31,473 nt of DNA from contig DASCPX010000102.1 in the NCBI GenBank assembly GCA_036012755.1, positions 1-31,473 on the forward strand, read 5' to 3'. Below the pieces are notes generated by a model. It was not told the DNA's origin, searched no databases, and saw only the letters and a program-made list of their open reading frames with translations. Positions 16,691 to 25,992 of the stretch are shown here, in pieces. Made by a program: the position numbers and the translations under genes. How positions within the stretch are numbered: the first letter of the stretch is position 1; every line of letters starts with the position of its first letter. This stretch comes from Myxococcota bacterium (GTDB lineage Bacteria; Myxococcota_A; UBA796; CAJQPC01).

Positions 16691-18090
16691 TGAGCGCGAT
16701 CGGCGTCGGCGGCACGGCACACGTCCTCGTCGTCGACGACGACAAGGCGGTCCGCGCGGCGCTTCGCGTCAACCTGAAGAAGGCGGGCTTCGAGGTCCAC
16801 CTCGCCCCCAGCGGCAAGAAGGCCCTGGAGATCCTCGGCGAGCAGCCGATGGACCTCGTGGTCACGGACGTCGCCATGCCGGGAATGACGGGGCTCGAGC
16901 TGCTCTCGGAGGTGCGAGAGCACCACCCCGACGTCCGGGTGGTCGTGATGACCGGCTACGGCTCGGTCCAGGACGCTGTCGGTGCGATGAAGGCAGGCGC
17001 CGACGACTACATCATCAAGCCGATCTCCCGCGAGGAGCTCCTGGTGATCGTGGAGAAGGCCCTGGCCGAGAAGGCCCTGCTCGCGGAGCTCATCCAGCTC
17101 CGTCAGCAGGTCCAGGAGCGCTACGGCTTCGAGAACATCATCGGCTGCACCCCGGCGATGGTCGAGGTCTACGAGCTCATCGAGACCGTGGCCGACACCA
17201 ACGCGCTGGTGCTCATCCAGGGGCCTACGGGCACCGGCAAGGAGCTGATCTCACACGCCATCCACTACCGCTCTCCTCGGCGGAACGGACCCTTCGTGCG
17301 GGTGAACTGCGCGGCGCTGCCCGAAGGGCTCCTGGAGTCCGAGCTCTTCGGTCACGAGAAGGGAGCCTTCACCGGCGCCATCCGGCAGCACCGCGGCAAG
17401 TTCGAGCAGGCCAGCGGCGGCACGCTCATGCTCGACGAGATCGGCGAGATCGACCCGGCAACGCAGGTGAAGCTGCTCAGGGTCATCGAGAGCGGCGAGA
17501 TCACCCGGGTCGGCGGCACGGGAACGCTCAAGGTGGACACCAGGATCATCGCGGCGACGAACCGGGACCTCCGCGCCGAGGTCCGAAGCGGCAACTTCCG
17601 CGAGGACCTCTTCTACCGCCTCAACGTCTTCTCCATCGGGGTCCCGCCCCTGACCGAGCGCAAGGACGACGTGCCCCTGTTGGTCCAGCACTTCCTCAAG
17701 AAGTTCGCCCAGCAGCACGGCCGAAGCTCGGAGCTCTCGGTCGGAAACAAGACCATGCAGCGGCTGGTCGACTACCACTGGCCCGGCAACGTCCGGGAGC
17801 TCCAGCACGTCATCGAGAGGGCGGTGATCCTCTCTCGCAGTGACGAACTCACGGGCATCAAGCTGCCCGAGGCGCCCCAGGGCAGAGAGCCCCGAGCGGA
17901 GATCCTGCCGGAGGGCATGACGCTGCAGGCGGCGCTGTTGGAATACGAGCGCCGCGTGCTCATCGAGGCGTTGAAGGCTGCGGGCGGGATCCAGGCCCAG
18001 GCTGCACGCGATCTCGGGATCTCGCGGTCGAATCTGAACTACCGGATCAACCGCCTCGACATACGGGTCAAGGACATCGTCTACGAATAG
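16690..18090 (+). CDS. Sigma54-dependent NtrC/AtoC-family response regulator (REC-AAA+-Fis HTH)
   Basis: VVDDD; TDVAMPG phospho-Asp; GPTGTGKE; ESELFGHEKGAFTGA; WPGNVREL; C-terminal HTH; start overlaps the sppA stop. Confidence 0.95.
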   Translation: MSAIGVGGTAHVLVVDDDKAVRAALRVNLKKAGFEVHLAPSGKKALEILGEQPMDLVVTDVAMPGMTGLELLSEVREHHPDVRVVVMTGYGSVQDAVGAMKAGADDYIIKPISREELLVIVEKALAEKALLAELIQLRQQVQERYGFENIIGCTPAMVEVYELIETVADTNALVLIQGPTGTGKELISHAIHYRSPRRNGPFVRVNCAALPEGLLESELFGHEKGAFTGAIRQHRGKFEQASGGTLMLDEIGEIDPATQVKLLRVIESGEITRVGGTGTLKVDTRIIAATNRDLRAEVRSGNFREDLFYRLNVFSIGVPPLTERKDDVPLLVQHFLKKFAQQHGRSSELSVGNKTMQRLVDYHWPGNVRELQHVIERAVILSRSDELTGIKLPEAPQGREPRAEILPEGMTLQAALLEYERRVLIEALKAAGGIQAQAARDLGISRSNLNYRINRLDIRVKDIVYE

Positions 18091-18138
18091 GGCCCCGTTT
18101 CGCTTCGCTTTCGGGCCGCCAGCGCTGGGCACGTCCTA

Positions 18139-18147
18139 TGATAATTT
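18139..18147 (+). promoter_or_regulatory. Putative extended -10 (TGaTAATTT) for a leaderless transcript
   Basis: 6 nt before GTG 18154; no SD. Confidence 0.4.
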
Positions 18148-18153
18148 AGATCT

Positions 18154-19132
18154 GTGACTGAAGTCCTGGATCCGACCACCCTCGCGCCGAGCGACCCGGT
18201 CCCTGCAAACGCGCTGGCGAGGACCATCGACAAGCTGTTGGTGCCGGCGCGCTCCGGGCAGGCAGGTCTCCTGCGCTTGAGTTGGCCCGGGCTGCAGGGC
18301 GACTTCGTGTTGAACGTGCACGGCAAGGCCGTCGTGGACGTCGAGGGCCCGGTGCTGCTTCGGCAGCCGCAGCTGGGACACGCAGTCCTCACCGGTCGGC
18401 TCTCCACCGACCTCACCACCCTGCGCGGGCTCGGGTTGACCTACGACAGGGCGGCGGTGGAGGCAGCCGACCAGCTGGAGGTCCGGCTTGCGCAGGCCCT
18501 CCACGTCGATCTCAGGGTCTCCTGAACCCCGCTGTCCCGCTCGGATCTGCCGGGCTTTCCGCTCCCCCGTGGGCTGCTGAGGCTGGCCGCGGGGGCCCTT
18601 CGGCGGGCACGGGCCCCGGGCGATGTCGCGGTGCAGTTCCAGTCGGTGCTCGAACATCGCGTGGAGGCTCACGACCTCGGCGAGGTCTATGCCCTCGACC
18701 AGGTGGCCCGGCGCACGCTGCAGATCGTCGAAGAGTCACCCACCCTCCGCGGCCTGATCCTGAGGAGCGGCCGAGGCCGCGTCGCTCGAGCTGGAGGACG
18801 ACGACGACGCTCCCACGGGTGGGGCGGACGACCCGGCGCTGGACCGTCTCCGGCTGCTGTCGGAGCGCTTGGAGAGAGCCAGCCCGCTGGCGAGACTGGC
18901 GCTCGGACGAGGCGAGGCACCGGACGAAGACCGGATCGGTGACGCTTATGACCATCGGGTGCTCGAGTTCCACTCGGAGCGCTGGAGTCGCGCGGGTCCA
19001 GTGGCGATCGAGCTGGCCGCCAGGTGCCGACGCAGCCTGCGACAGGCCCTTCGCCGGCTCGCTACCGACGAGGACATCGCGCGCCACTACGCCGCGTGGA
19101 TGGCGGAAGATCCCCCCTACGACCTCGGCTGA
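18154..19132 (+). pseudogene. Interrupted gene (~325 codons) with a C-terminal degenerate J-like domain; one in-frame TGA and one +1 frameshift
   Basis: The frame of 18154 continues coding-like past TGA 18523-18525 (VS*TPLS), in frame with ORF 18631. It then shifts +1 near 18764-18790 into SLELEDDDD...DAYDHRVLEFHSERW. Confidence 0.65.
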
Positions 19133-19279
19133 GAGCCGCCAGGTCCCAGGTGACCCCCACGGACCCGCTCGCCGCCCTACTACCCCACACGCCGCGGGCC
19201 CACGCTATTGAGCCACGGCTCGTCGTTCGGCCCCCAAAGCCAATCCACGACAGAAGTGCGGAACATCGACAGACGCCTG

Positions 19280-19308
19280 TTGACACGCGGATCCCCGCTA
19301 GCTAAAAG
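19280..19308 (+). promoter_or_regulatory. Putative sigma70 promoter for tRNA-Phe (TTGACA-17-TAAAAG)
   Basis: Perfect -35 with canonical spacing. A second TTGACG at 19371 is preceded by a T-tract. Confidence 0.45.
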
Positions 19309-19428
19309 GGGGGCGTCCTTGATGCTGAGACCGACCGGGTCGCGTGAGAAGTTGTTTTTTGAAGCTGGTGTTGACGCTGGCGACCCGGTGCTGAATTTGG
19401 AAAGCCATACCGACCACTGAGAGACTGG

Positions 19429-19504
19429 GGCCAGGTAGCTCAGCTGGTAGAGCACCGGATTGAAAATCCGGGTGTCGGCGGTTCGACTCCGTCCCTGGCC
19501 ACCA
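19429..19504 (+). tRNA. tRNA-Phe (GAA)
   Basis: 76 nt; acceptor GGCCAGG/CCTGGCC; anticodon arm CCGGA-TTGAAAA-TCCGG; T-loop GTTCGAC; encoded ACCA. Confidence 0.97.
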
Positions 19505-19519
19505 TCTCTCCTGGCTCGG

Positions 19520-19801
19520 ATGCTCCTGCTCCTCCTTGGTTGCAACGACCCCTGTGAGCAGGCCTGCGCTGTGACCGCACGCGAGGTCGCCAGGTGCATC
19601 GACGGTTGGAACGCGGAGTGGGAGGACCTCGGTGCTTCCTCCCGTACGGACTTCCGAGCCCAGTGCGACGAGGACTGGAGGTCCCTGCGGGCGGAGCTCG
19701 AGGCCCGCGAGGTCCGGCGCGCAAAGGAACAGTGCGAGCTCGCGGTCGACGAAGCAGCCACGCTCTCGTGCGACGCGTGGCGCGCGATGTACCTGGAGTA
19801 G
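19520..19801 (+). CDS. Small Cys-rich helical lipoprotein (93 aa)
   Basis: MLLLLLG|C lipobox plus 6 further Cys; starts 15 nt after the tRNA CCA. Confidence 0.7.
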   Translation: MLLLLLGCNDPCEQACAVTAREVARCIDGWNAEWEDLGASSRTDFRAQCDEDWRSLRAELEAREVRRAKEQCELAVDEAATLSCDAWRAMYLE

Positions 19802-19855
19802 GCTCGAACCCGGACGCAGCGCCGCGGTCCAAGGATCGCGACACAGAGGAGCGTC

Positions 19856-20560
19856 GTGCACCTGATCCTGCTGCTCTGCCCCAGAGCCGAAGCCTGTGCC
19901 TGCTGCGACGCCAAGGAGACGGTCAGACGCGAGGTAATCGCACAGGACGCGGATGGGGCACAGCTCGTTCGCCAGACCCGTGAGTTCTGTGGGGACACGC
20001 ACTACGCCTTCGAGGTCTGGCCGCTCGCTGCCCAAGAACCAGCGAGCTGCCTGGGACGCACCGCCACGACCATCCCGTGCGACAGCCCCGGCTCCCTCCG
20101 GCCGAGCCCCGAGCCCCCAGCCGAGGCGAGCGCGAGCTTCCCCTACCCCAGTCCCATCGGCACCAAGGCAGCCGTGGCCGAGGACACCCGCCGCGGTCGG
20201 CTCTACGACACAGAGGTGCTCGACTGGCCCGAGTGCTGGCCTGGCGGAGGATCGCCCCAACCCCTGGGGGTCGGTGAGGAGGGGGTGCTGGTGGAGCGAC
20301 TCGCCTGGTCCTGCGAGGCGACCTGGAGGCGCTACGAGGTCCACCAGCCGGGGCTCGAGTCCTACTGCGTCGACCCAGGGGGCGCCAAGACGCCCTGCTC
20401 GACCGCATGGACCACCGAACAGGGCACCCTCTCGGCGAGCTTCCCGACCCCGATGACCCAGACGATCGCAGGGGCGACGTTCACGGTCTGGTCGGGTGGC
20501 GGCCTGACGGCAACGGACAGGCTGGGAACCCTCGTCGTCGTGAACGACGCCGCAGATTAG
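19856..20560 (+). CDS. Secreted Cys-rich hypothetical protein (234 aa)
   Basis: SD GAGGAG; short signal MHLILLLCPRAEA|CACC; coding-like codon bias. Confidence 0.65.
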   Translation: MHLILLLCPRAEACACCDAKETVRREVIAQDADGAQLVRQTREFCGDTHYAFEVWPLAAQEPASCLGRTATTIPCDSPGSLRPSPEPPAEASASFPYPSPIGTKAAVAEDTRRGRLYDTEVLDWPECWPGGGSPQPLGVGEEGVLVERLAWSCEATWRRYEVHQPGLESYCVDPGGAKTPCSTAWTTEQGTLSASFPTPMTQTIAGATFTVWSGGGLTATDRLGTLVVVNDAAD

Positions 20561-20589
20561 GGTCCCCTCCCGCAAACAGGAAGGGACCC

Positions 20590-22062
20590 ATGGCCGACCT
20601 CGTCCTCGCCATCGACCAGGGAACGACCGGCAGCACCGCGCTGCTCTTGGACCGAGACGTGCGCGTCGTCGGAACCCACAACGTCGAGTTCCCGAATCAC
20701 TACCCCCAGCCCGGCCACGTCGAGCACGACGTCAGCGAGATCTGGATCTCTGTGGAGAGCGCCGTCCGCGGCGTGCTCGCCAGCACCGGAGTCACGGCGG
20801 ATCGCATCGCGGCCATCGGCATCACGAACCAGCGCGAGACCTCCGTGTTCTGGGACAAGGACACGGGCGCGGCGCTCCACCGGGCGTTGGTCTGGCAGGA
20901 CAGGCGGACAGCGGATCGCTGCCAGGTCTTGAAGGACGCGGGGCACGAGGCGCTCTTCAAGGACAAGACCGGGCTGGTGCTCGATCCCTACTTCTCGGGC
21001 ACCAAGGCCGCCTGGATCCTGGAGAACGTGCCAGAGGCCCAAGAGAAGGCCGAAGCCGGTCAGGCTCTCTTCGGAACCATCGACAGCTGGCTGACCTGGC
21101 GTCTCTGCGGAGCCCACGTCACGGACCCCAGCAACGCCTCCCGCACGCTGTTGATGGAGCTCGACTCCTGCGAGTGGGACGAGGAGCTCTGCGGCATCCT
21201 CGGTGTTCCGGAGGCCTGCCTGCCCCGCATCGCCGACTCCTCAGAGGTCTACGGCACCACCAGCGGTGTCGGCTTCCTGCCGGACGGCATCCCGATCGCG
21301 GGGCTCATCGGGGACCAGCAGGGCGCGCTCTTCGGCCAGGCCTGCTTCCAACAGGGCATGGCCAAGTGCACCTACGGCACGGGCGCATTCGTGCTCATGA
21401 ACACCGGCGCGAAGAAGGTCTACAGCGACAACGGCATGCTCACGACCGTGGCCTGGCGGGTCGGTGGCCAGACCTCCTACGCCATCGAGGGCAGCGCCTT
21501 CATCGCCGGCGCCGCCGTGCAGTGGCTCCGGGACGGACTCGGCGTCATCGAGACCGCCGAGCAGGTCGAGGCGCTGGCCGCCTCGGTCCCCGACAGCGGT
21601 GGAGTGATCTTCGTGCCAGCCCTCGCCGGCCTCGGCGCTCCCCACTGGCGGCCCGATGCCCGGGGCCTGCTGACCGGGGTGACCGGCGGAACGACGAAGG
21701 CCCACCTCGCCCGGGCAGTGCTGGAGGGCATCGGGCTGCAGATCGCCGACATCCTGGAGGCCATGAGCGATGACCTCGGGGCGCCCTTGTCCGAGCTGCG
21801 CGTCGACGGCGGCGCCGCCAACAACGACCTCTTGATGCAGTTCCAGGCGGACGTGCTCCGCACCATCTGCGTTCGCCCGCGGCAGCTGGAGACCACCGCG
21901 CTGGGCAGCGCCTTCCTCGCTGGACTCGCGGTCGGGCTGTGGGACTCTCCGGCCGCGGTCGCCGAGGCCTGGGCAGAGGACCGCCGCTTCGAGCCGCAGA
22001 TGCCTGCGGCGTTCGTCGAGACCAGGCTCGCCGCCTGGGCCGACGCTGTGAGGCGGGCGTGA
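20590..22062 (+). CDS. glpK: Glycerol kinase (490 aa)
   Basis: AIDQGTTGS, GITNQRET, VWQDRRT, DPYFSGTK, TDPSNASRT, GDQQGALFGQ, KCTYGTG, LRVDGGA, ETTALG. Confidence 0.96.
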   Translation: MADLVLAIDQGTTGSTALLLDRDVRVVGTHNVEFPNHYPQPGHVEHDVSEIWISVESAVRGVLASTGVTADRIAAIGITNQRETSVFWDKDTGAALHRALVWQDRRTADRCQVLKDAGHEALFKDKTGLVLDPYFSGTKAAWILENVPEAQEKAEAGQALFGTIDSWLTWRLCGAHVTDPSNASRTLLMELDSCEWDEELCGILGVPEACLPRIADSSEVYGTTSGVGFLPDGIPIAGLIGDQQGALFGQACFQQGMAKCTYGTGAFVLMNTGAKKVYSDNGMLTTVAWRVGGQTSYAIEGSAFIAGAAVQWLRDGLGVIETAEQVEALAASVPDSGGVIFVPALAGLGAPHWRPDARGLLTGVTGGTTKAHLARAVLEGIGLQIADILEAMSDDLGAPLSELRVDGGAANNDLLMQFQADVLRTICVRPRQLETTALGSAFLAGLAVGLWDSPAAVAEAWAEDRRFEPQMPAAFVETRLAAWADAVRRA

Positions 22063-22679
22063 TCTGGCTCCTCGGAAGCGCCCTGGCGCAGGACTGTCCG
22101 CCGGCGGCGGAGGCCATCCACGAGCTCCGCCGCGAGGCCACACCAGGGAGCTACGACTGTATGGTGGAGCTCGGCCCCGCCGCCCTGATCGACGCCGCGG
22201 CCGAGCCGCTTCAGAACCCCGAGCGCATCACCCGGGCGCTCGCCGTCTACCGGCTGAGGCACCTCGATGAGGCCATCTCCCCGGAGGAGGCCTGGACCTA
22301 TCGGCCCGGGGACCTCCGGCTGCTGGTCGACGGCGTCCACGCACACAGAGGACGCAAGAGCCCCAGCGACGCCCACGTCTTCGTCTTCGACCAGATGGAC
22401 TGGTACTCGCCGAACCCGCAGTACACAGATGGTCTCCTCACGGACCTCGACAGGGCCAACATCGAGATGCTGAAGAACCCCCCGCTGCCCACGGCGGATC
22501 CGACCGCGGCGGAGGCGATGGCTTCGGGCGCAGACGCCCCCGCGCGCAGCGAGTCTCCCTGCGCCTGCACCACCGCCAGCCTCGGGCCCTGGGCGCTGGC
22601 CGGGCTCATCCTCCTTCGCCGAAGAGATCGAAGACCCAGTGGAGGAAGAGGAACGGACGCTCGCTCTCCTCGGGGGTGA
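22059..22679 (+). CDS. Exported YARHG-like domain protein with MYXO-CTERM-type tail (206 aa)
   Basis: GTGA overlap with glpK; DLRLLVDGVHAHRGRK...FDQMDWYSPNPQY...LTDLDRANIEML; tail CACTTASLGPWALAGLILLRRR. Confidence 0.7.
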   Translation: MIWLLGSALAQDCPPAAEAIHELRREATPGSYDCMVELGPAALIDAAAEPLQNPERITRALAVYRLRHLDEAISPEEAWTYRPGDLRLLVDGVHAHRGRKSPSDAHVFVFDQMDWYSPNPQYTDGLLTDLDRANIEMLKNPPLPTADPTAAEAMASGADAPARSESPCACTTASLGPWALAGLILLRRRDRRPSGGRGTDARSPRG

Positions 22680-25600
22680 AGCGCACGGCGATCTCCCCCT
22701 CGCTCACGCGGAAGCGGCGCGGCATCTGCTTCGCGAGCTCGACGACTCGCTCCGGGCGGACGCTGGTGTTCTCTGCGACCTCGAAGACCGCGCGCACTTG
22801 CAGCACGCTCACGCGCACGATGCCCAGCTCACGGCAGCGCAGCTTGACCTCGAAGAGCCGGGAGAGGTTGTGGGCTTCGTCGGGCAGCTCGCCCCGCTCC
22901 GACTCGAGCACGTCGCAGACACGCCGGAGCTGCTCCAGGCTCCGGGCGGACGACATCGCCTTGTAGATCGAGAGGCGCTCCTGGAGATCGGGGACATAGG
23001 CCTCTGGGAGCCAGGCCGGGGCGCGCACCTCGATCTCCGGTTCGATGCGCTGGCGCTCGGCGTCTCCCCGCGCCTCTGCGATGGCCGTCTCGAGCAGGCT
23101 CATGTAGGCCTCGAAGCCCACGGCCTCGATGTGGCCGTGCTGCTTGTCACCGAGCATGTCCCCTGCCCCGCGGAGCTCGAGATCGGCGGTCGCGACGGCG
23201 AACCCGGAACCCAGGCGGGTGTGCTCCTGCAGCACGCGCAGTCGCTGCATCGCCTTTCGCGTGAGCACCCTTCCGTCCTCGACCAACAGCGTGCAGTAGC
23301 CACGCCGGTGGCTGCGGCCGACTCGTCCCCGGAGCTGGTAGAGCTGGGCGAGGCCGAAGCCGTCAGCGCGGTTCACGAGGATGGTGTTCACGTTCGGCAT
23401 GTCCACACCCGACTCGATGATCGCCGTGCACACGAGCACGTCGAAGCGGCGCCGCACGAAGCGGACGAGCACGTCCTCGAGCGTGTTCGCGTCCAGCCGA
23501 CCGTGGGCGATCTCGACGCTGGCCTCTGGCACGGCCTCGCGGACCGCGCGGGCGACGAGCTCGATCGTCGCGATGCGGTTGTGCACGACGAAACACTGGC
23601 CGCCGCGCTGGAGCTCGCGCAGGATCTCCTCGCGCAGGCGCCCCTCGGAAAAGCGGGCGACCAGCGTGCGAACTGGCAGGCGATCCCTGGGCGGAGTGGA
23701 GATGACCGAGATGCCCCGCAGACCGCTCACGGCCATGTGCAGCGTGCGTGGAATCGGAGTCGCCGACATCGCGAGGTAGTCCACCTCCGCGCGGAGCTTC
23801 TTCAGCGTCTCCTTCTGCTTGACCCCGAAGCGGTGCTCCTCGTCGACGACGATGAGACCCAGGTCCGCGAAGCGCAGTCCTCGGCCGAGGAGCCGCGTCG
23901 TGCCGACCAGGATCGAGGTTCGTCCCTCCTTGGTCGACTTCTTCAGCTCCCGTGCCTCCGCAGGGCTCCCGAAGCGGCTGAGCAGGCCGACCGTGATGCC
24001 GAAGGGCTCGAAGCGCTCGCGGAAAGTGGTGAGATGCTGGAAGGCGAGGACCGTGGTCGGGCAGAGCACCGCGACCTGCCTCCCCGCCGAAGCCACGACG
24101 AAGGCCGCGCGCATCGCGACCTCTGTCTTGCCGAAGCCGGCGTCGCCGACGATCAGGCGGTCCATCGGCTCGGGCTTCTCGAGGTCGTCCAGCACCGCGT
24201 CGATCGCCAGCGCCTGGTCCTCTGTCTCCGTGTACTCGAAGGCCTCCTCGAAGCGTCGCAGGGCGAGGCTGCGGGCGTCATAGGCGGTGCCCGGGTTGAC
24301 CTTCCGGCGAGCCTGGAGCTGCACGAGCCCATGAGCCAGCTCGAGGACAGCCGCCTTGACCCGGGCCTTGCGCAGGCTCCATGTCTCGCCCCCGAGCTTG
24401 TCCAGCCGGGGATCGACGCCGCCCTGGGAGGCGCGGTAGCGGTAGAGCTGGTCCAGCCGGAAGACCGGCACGTACATGCGGTCGCCGCCGCGGTACTCGA
24501 GCAGCACCATGTCCTGGGGTCCGGTGCCGAGATCGACCCGAGCGAGGCTCTGGAAGCGACCGATGCCGTGACGCTCGTGCACGACGAGATCCCCAGCCGC
24601 CAGGTCGGCGAATGACTCGATGCCGGCCTTGCGAGCGAGGTCCTGGCGGCCGCTTCGTACCCGACGCCTGGCCCCGAAGATCTCGTCTGCGGTGACGAGC
24701 GCCACCTGGGCCTCTGGATCCCGGAAGCCCCTGGGGAGGTCGCCGCGCAGCAGCTGGAGGCGGCCAGTCGGCCACTTCAGCGGGTCGTGCTCTGTGCAGG
24801 CCACCGGCGACAGCCCGTGGGGCATGAAGAGCTGTCGCACCCGGTCCGCCCGGCTGGTGGACTCGACGACGAGGCCGACCCGCCAATCGTCGGCGAGCCA
24901 CCCGCCCAGGCGGGCGATGGTCGGCGCGAGGTCACCGGAGGCTCCGACAGACAGGCCCGTGTTCTCCGCGGCCCCGAGATCCACGGCGTCGTCGAAGGCG
25001 ACCGTGTCGATCTGCGTGGCGCCATCGAGCTCAGCGAGCACCTCGTCCGCTCGGAGGTAGCGCTCCCCTGGACCCACGAGCGGCCGCTCCGCCTCGGGCA
25101 GGGCGGCGTGACGCGGAAAGGCCTGGTCCTCGAAGCGCCGGAGCGCGGCCTCGACTCCCTGGGCGTCGAGCACGAGCATCGCCCGGGGTGCCACGGAAAA
25201 GAGCGTCGAGAGCGGATGGAGCGCCGGCAGCCAGGCGTCACAGCCTGAGAATCGGAGGCCGTCGCGAAGGTCCTCGGTGACCTCTCGGCGCAGGCGGCTG
25301 CCGTAGCCGAGCTCTCCCACGCGCTCGCGGAGCACGTCGCTCATGCGCTCGAGCGGGCCAGGGCCGAGGATCTCCTCCCGAGCGGGCAGCACATGCAGCT
25401 CGGAGAGCGGCCGGTTGCCCCGTCCCGTCTCCGGATCGAAGGTGACCAGGGCCTCCACCTCGTCGTCGAAGAACTCGACCCGGACCGGCTCCTCGAAACC
25501 GGTGGGCCAGAGGTCGACGAGCTCGCCGCGCAGCCTGAAGGTGCCGGGGTCCTCTACCCGGCCGACGCCCAGGTAGCCCAGGTCCGCGAGCTGTTGCGCG

Positions 25601-25992
25601 AGGATCTTCGGCTCGATGACGACCCCGGGGGCCAACCGAGGCCCGGACAGCAGCGCCGCACCGGGCAGGACGCGCAGCTGCAAGGACGCCGCGGGTGCGA
25701 CGACGGTGACCTCCTCTTTTGCGTGGAGCGCGGCGAGGACCCCGATGCGGCGACGAGGTAGCTCCGGGTGCGGGCTGATGCCCTCGTAGGGCCGACTGTC
25801 GTCCGCCGGGTAGAGGAGGGCCGGCTTGCCGTGCCACGCCAGCTCGGCGACGAGGCGCTCGGCCTCGTCGAGCTCGGGCACGACGACGAGCGCGACCTCG
25901 CGGAGCCGCGAGAGGAAATAGGCCGTGGCTCCGGCGGGGAGCCCCGCGTATCGGCGACCAGGCGCCGGGGGATCGGCGAGGCAGACGCTCAC
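22606..25992 (-). CDS. mfd: Transcription-repair coupling factor (~1128 aa)
   Basis: RID (VVHERHGIGRF), GDAGFGKTEVA, VDEEHRFGV, MSATPIPRT, QLRGRVGR, DLELRGAG, TRCF C-terminus. GTG 25992 overlaps the upstream TGA. Confidence 0.95.
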   Translation of the reverse strand: MSVCLADPPAPGRRYAGLPAGATAYFLSRLREVALVVVPELDEAERLVAELAWHGKPALLYPADDSRPYEGISPHPELPRRRIGVLAALHAKEEVTVVAPAASLQLRVLPGAALLSGPRLAPGVVIEPKILAQQLADLGYLGVGRVEDPGTFRLRGELVDLWPTGFEEPVRVEFFDDEVEALVTFDPETGRGNRPLSELHVLPAREEILGPGPLERMSDVLRERVGELGYGSRLRREVTEDLRDGLRFSGCDAWLPALHPLSTLFSVAPRAMLVLDAQGVEAALRRFEDQAFPRHAALPEAERPLVGPGERYLRADEVLAELDGATQIDTVAFDDAVDLGAAENTGLSVGASGDLAPTIARLGGWLADDWRVGLVVESTSRADRVRQLFMPHGLSPVACTEHDPLKWPTGRLQLLRGDLPRGFRDPEAQVALVTADEIFGARRRVRSGRQDLARKAGIESFADLAAGDLVVHERHGIGRFQSLARVDLGTGPQDMVLLEYRGGDRMYVPVFRLDQLYRYRASQGGVDPRLDKLGGETWSLRKARVKAAVLELAHGLVQLQARRKVNPGTAYDARSLALRRFEEAFEYTETEDQALAIDAVLDDLEKPEPMDRLIVGDAGFGKTEVAMRAAFVVASAGRQVAVLCPTTVLAFQHLTTFRERFEPFGITVGLLSRFGSPAEARELKKSTKEGRTSILVGTTRLLGRGLRFADLGLIVVDEEHRFGVKQKETLKKLRAEVDYLAMSATPIPRTLHMAVSGLRGISVISTPPRDRLPVRTLVARFSEGRLREEILRELQRGGQCFVVHNRIATIELVARAVREAVPEASVEIAHGRLDANTLEDVLVRFVRRRFDVLVCTAIIESGVDMPNVNTILVNRADGFGLAQLYQLRGRVGRSHRRGYCTLLVEDGRVLTRKAMQRLRVLQEHTRLGSGFAVATADLELRGAGDMLGDKQHGHIEAVGFEAYMSLLETAIAEARGDAERQRIEPEIEVRAPAWLPEAYVPDLQERLSIYKAMSSARSLEQLRRVCDVLESERGELPDEAHNLSRLFEVKLRCRELGIVRVSVLQVRAVFEVAENTSVRPERVVELAKQMPRRFRVSEGEIAVRFTPEESERPFLFLHWVFDLFGEGG

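Noticed and set aside
18128..18141. Sigma54-like GGCACG...ATGA after the response regulator
   Set aside because: It lacks the -12 GC and is better explained by the extended -10 element.
18523..18565. Selenocysteine or alternative-code read-through of the TGA
   Set aside because: TGA is a normal stop for many genes here, there is no convincing SECIS stem or redox motif, and a second lesion (frameshift) favours decay or error.
19494..19520. tRNA-Phe as the att site of an integrated element
   Set aside because: Only a 6-nt echo (CCTGGC) of the tRNA 3' end is present. There is no integrase, no longer duplicated tRNA end and no obvious composition shift.
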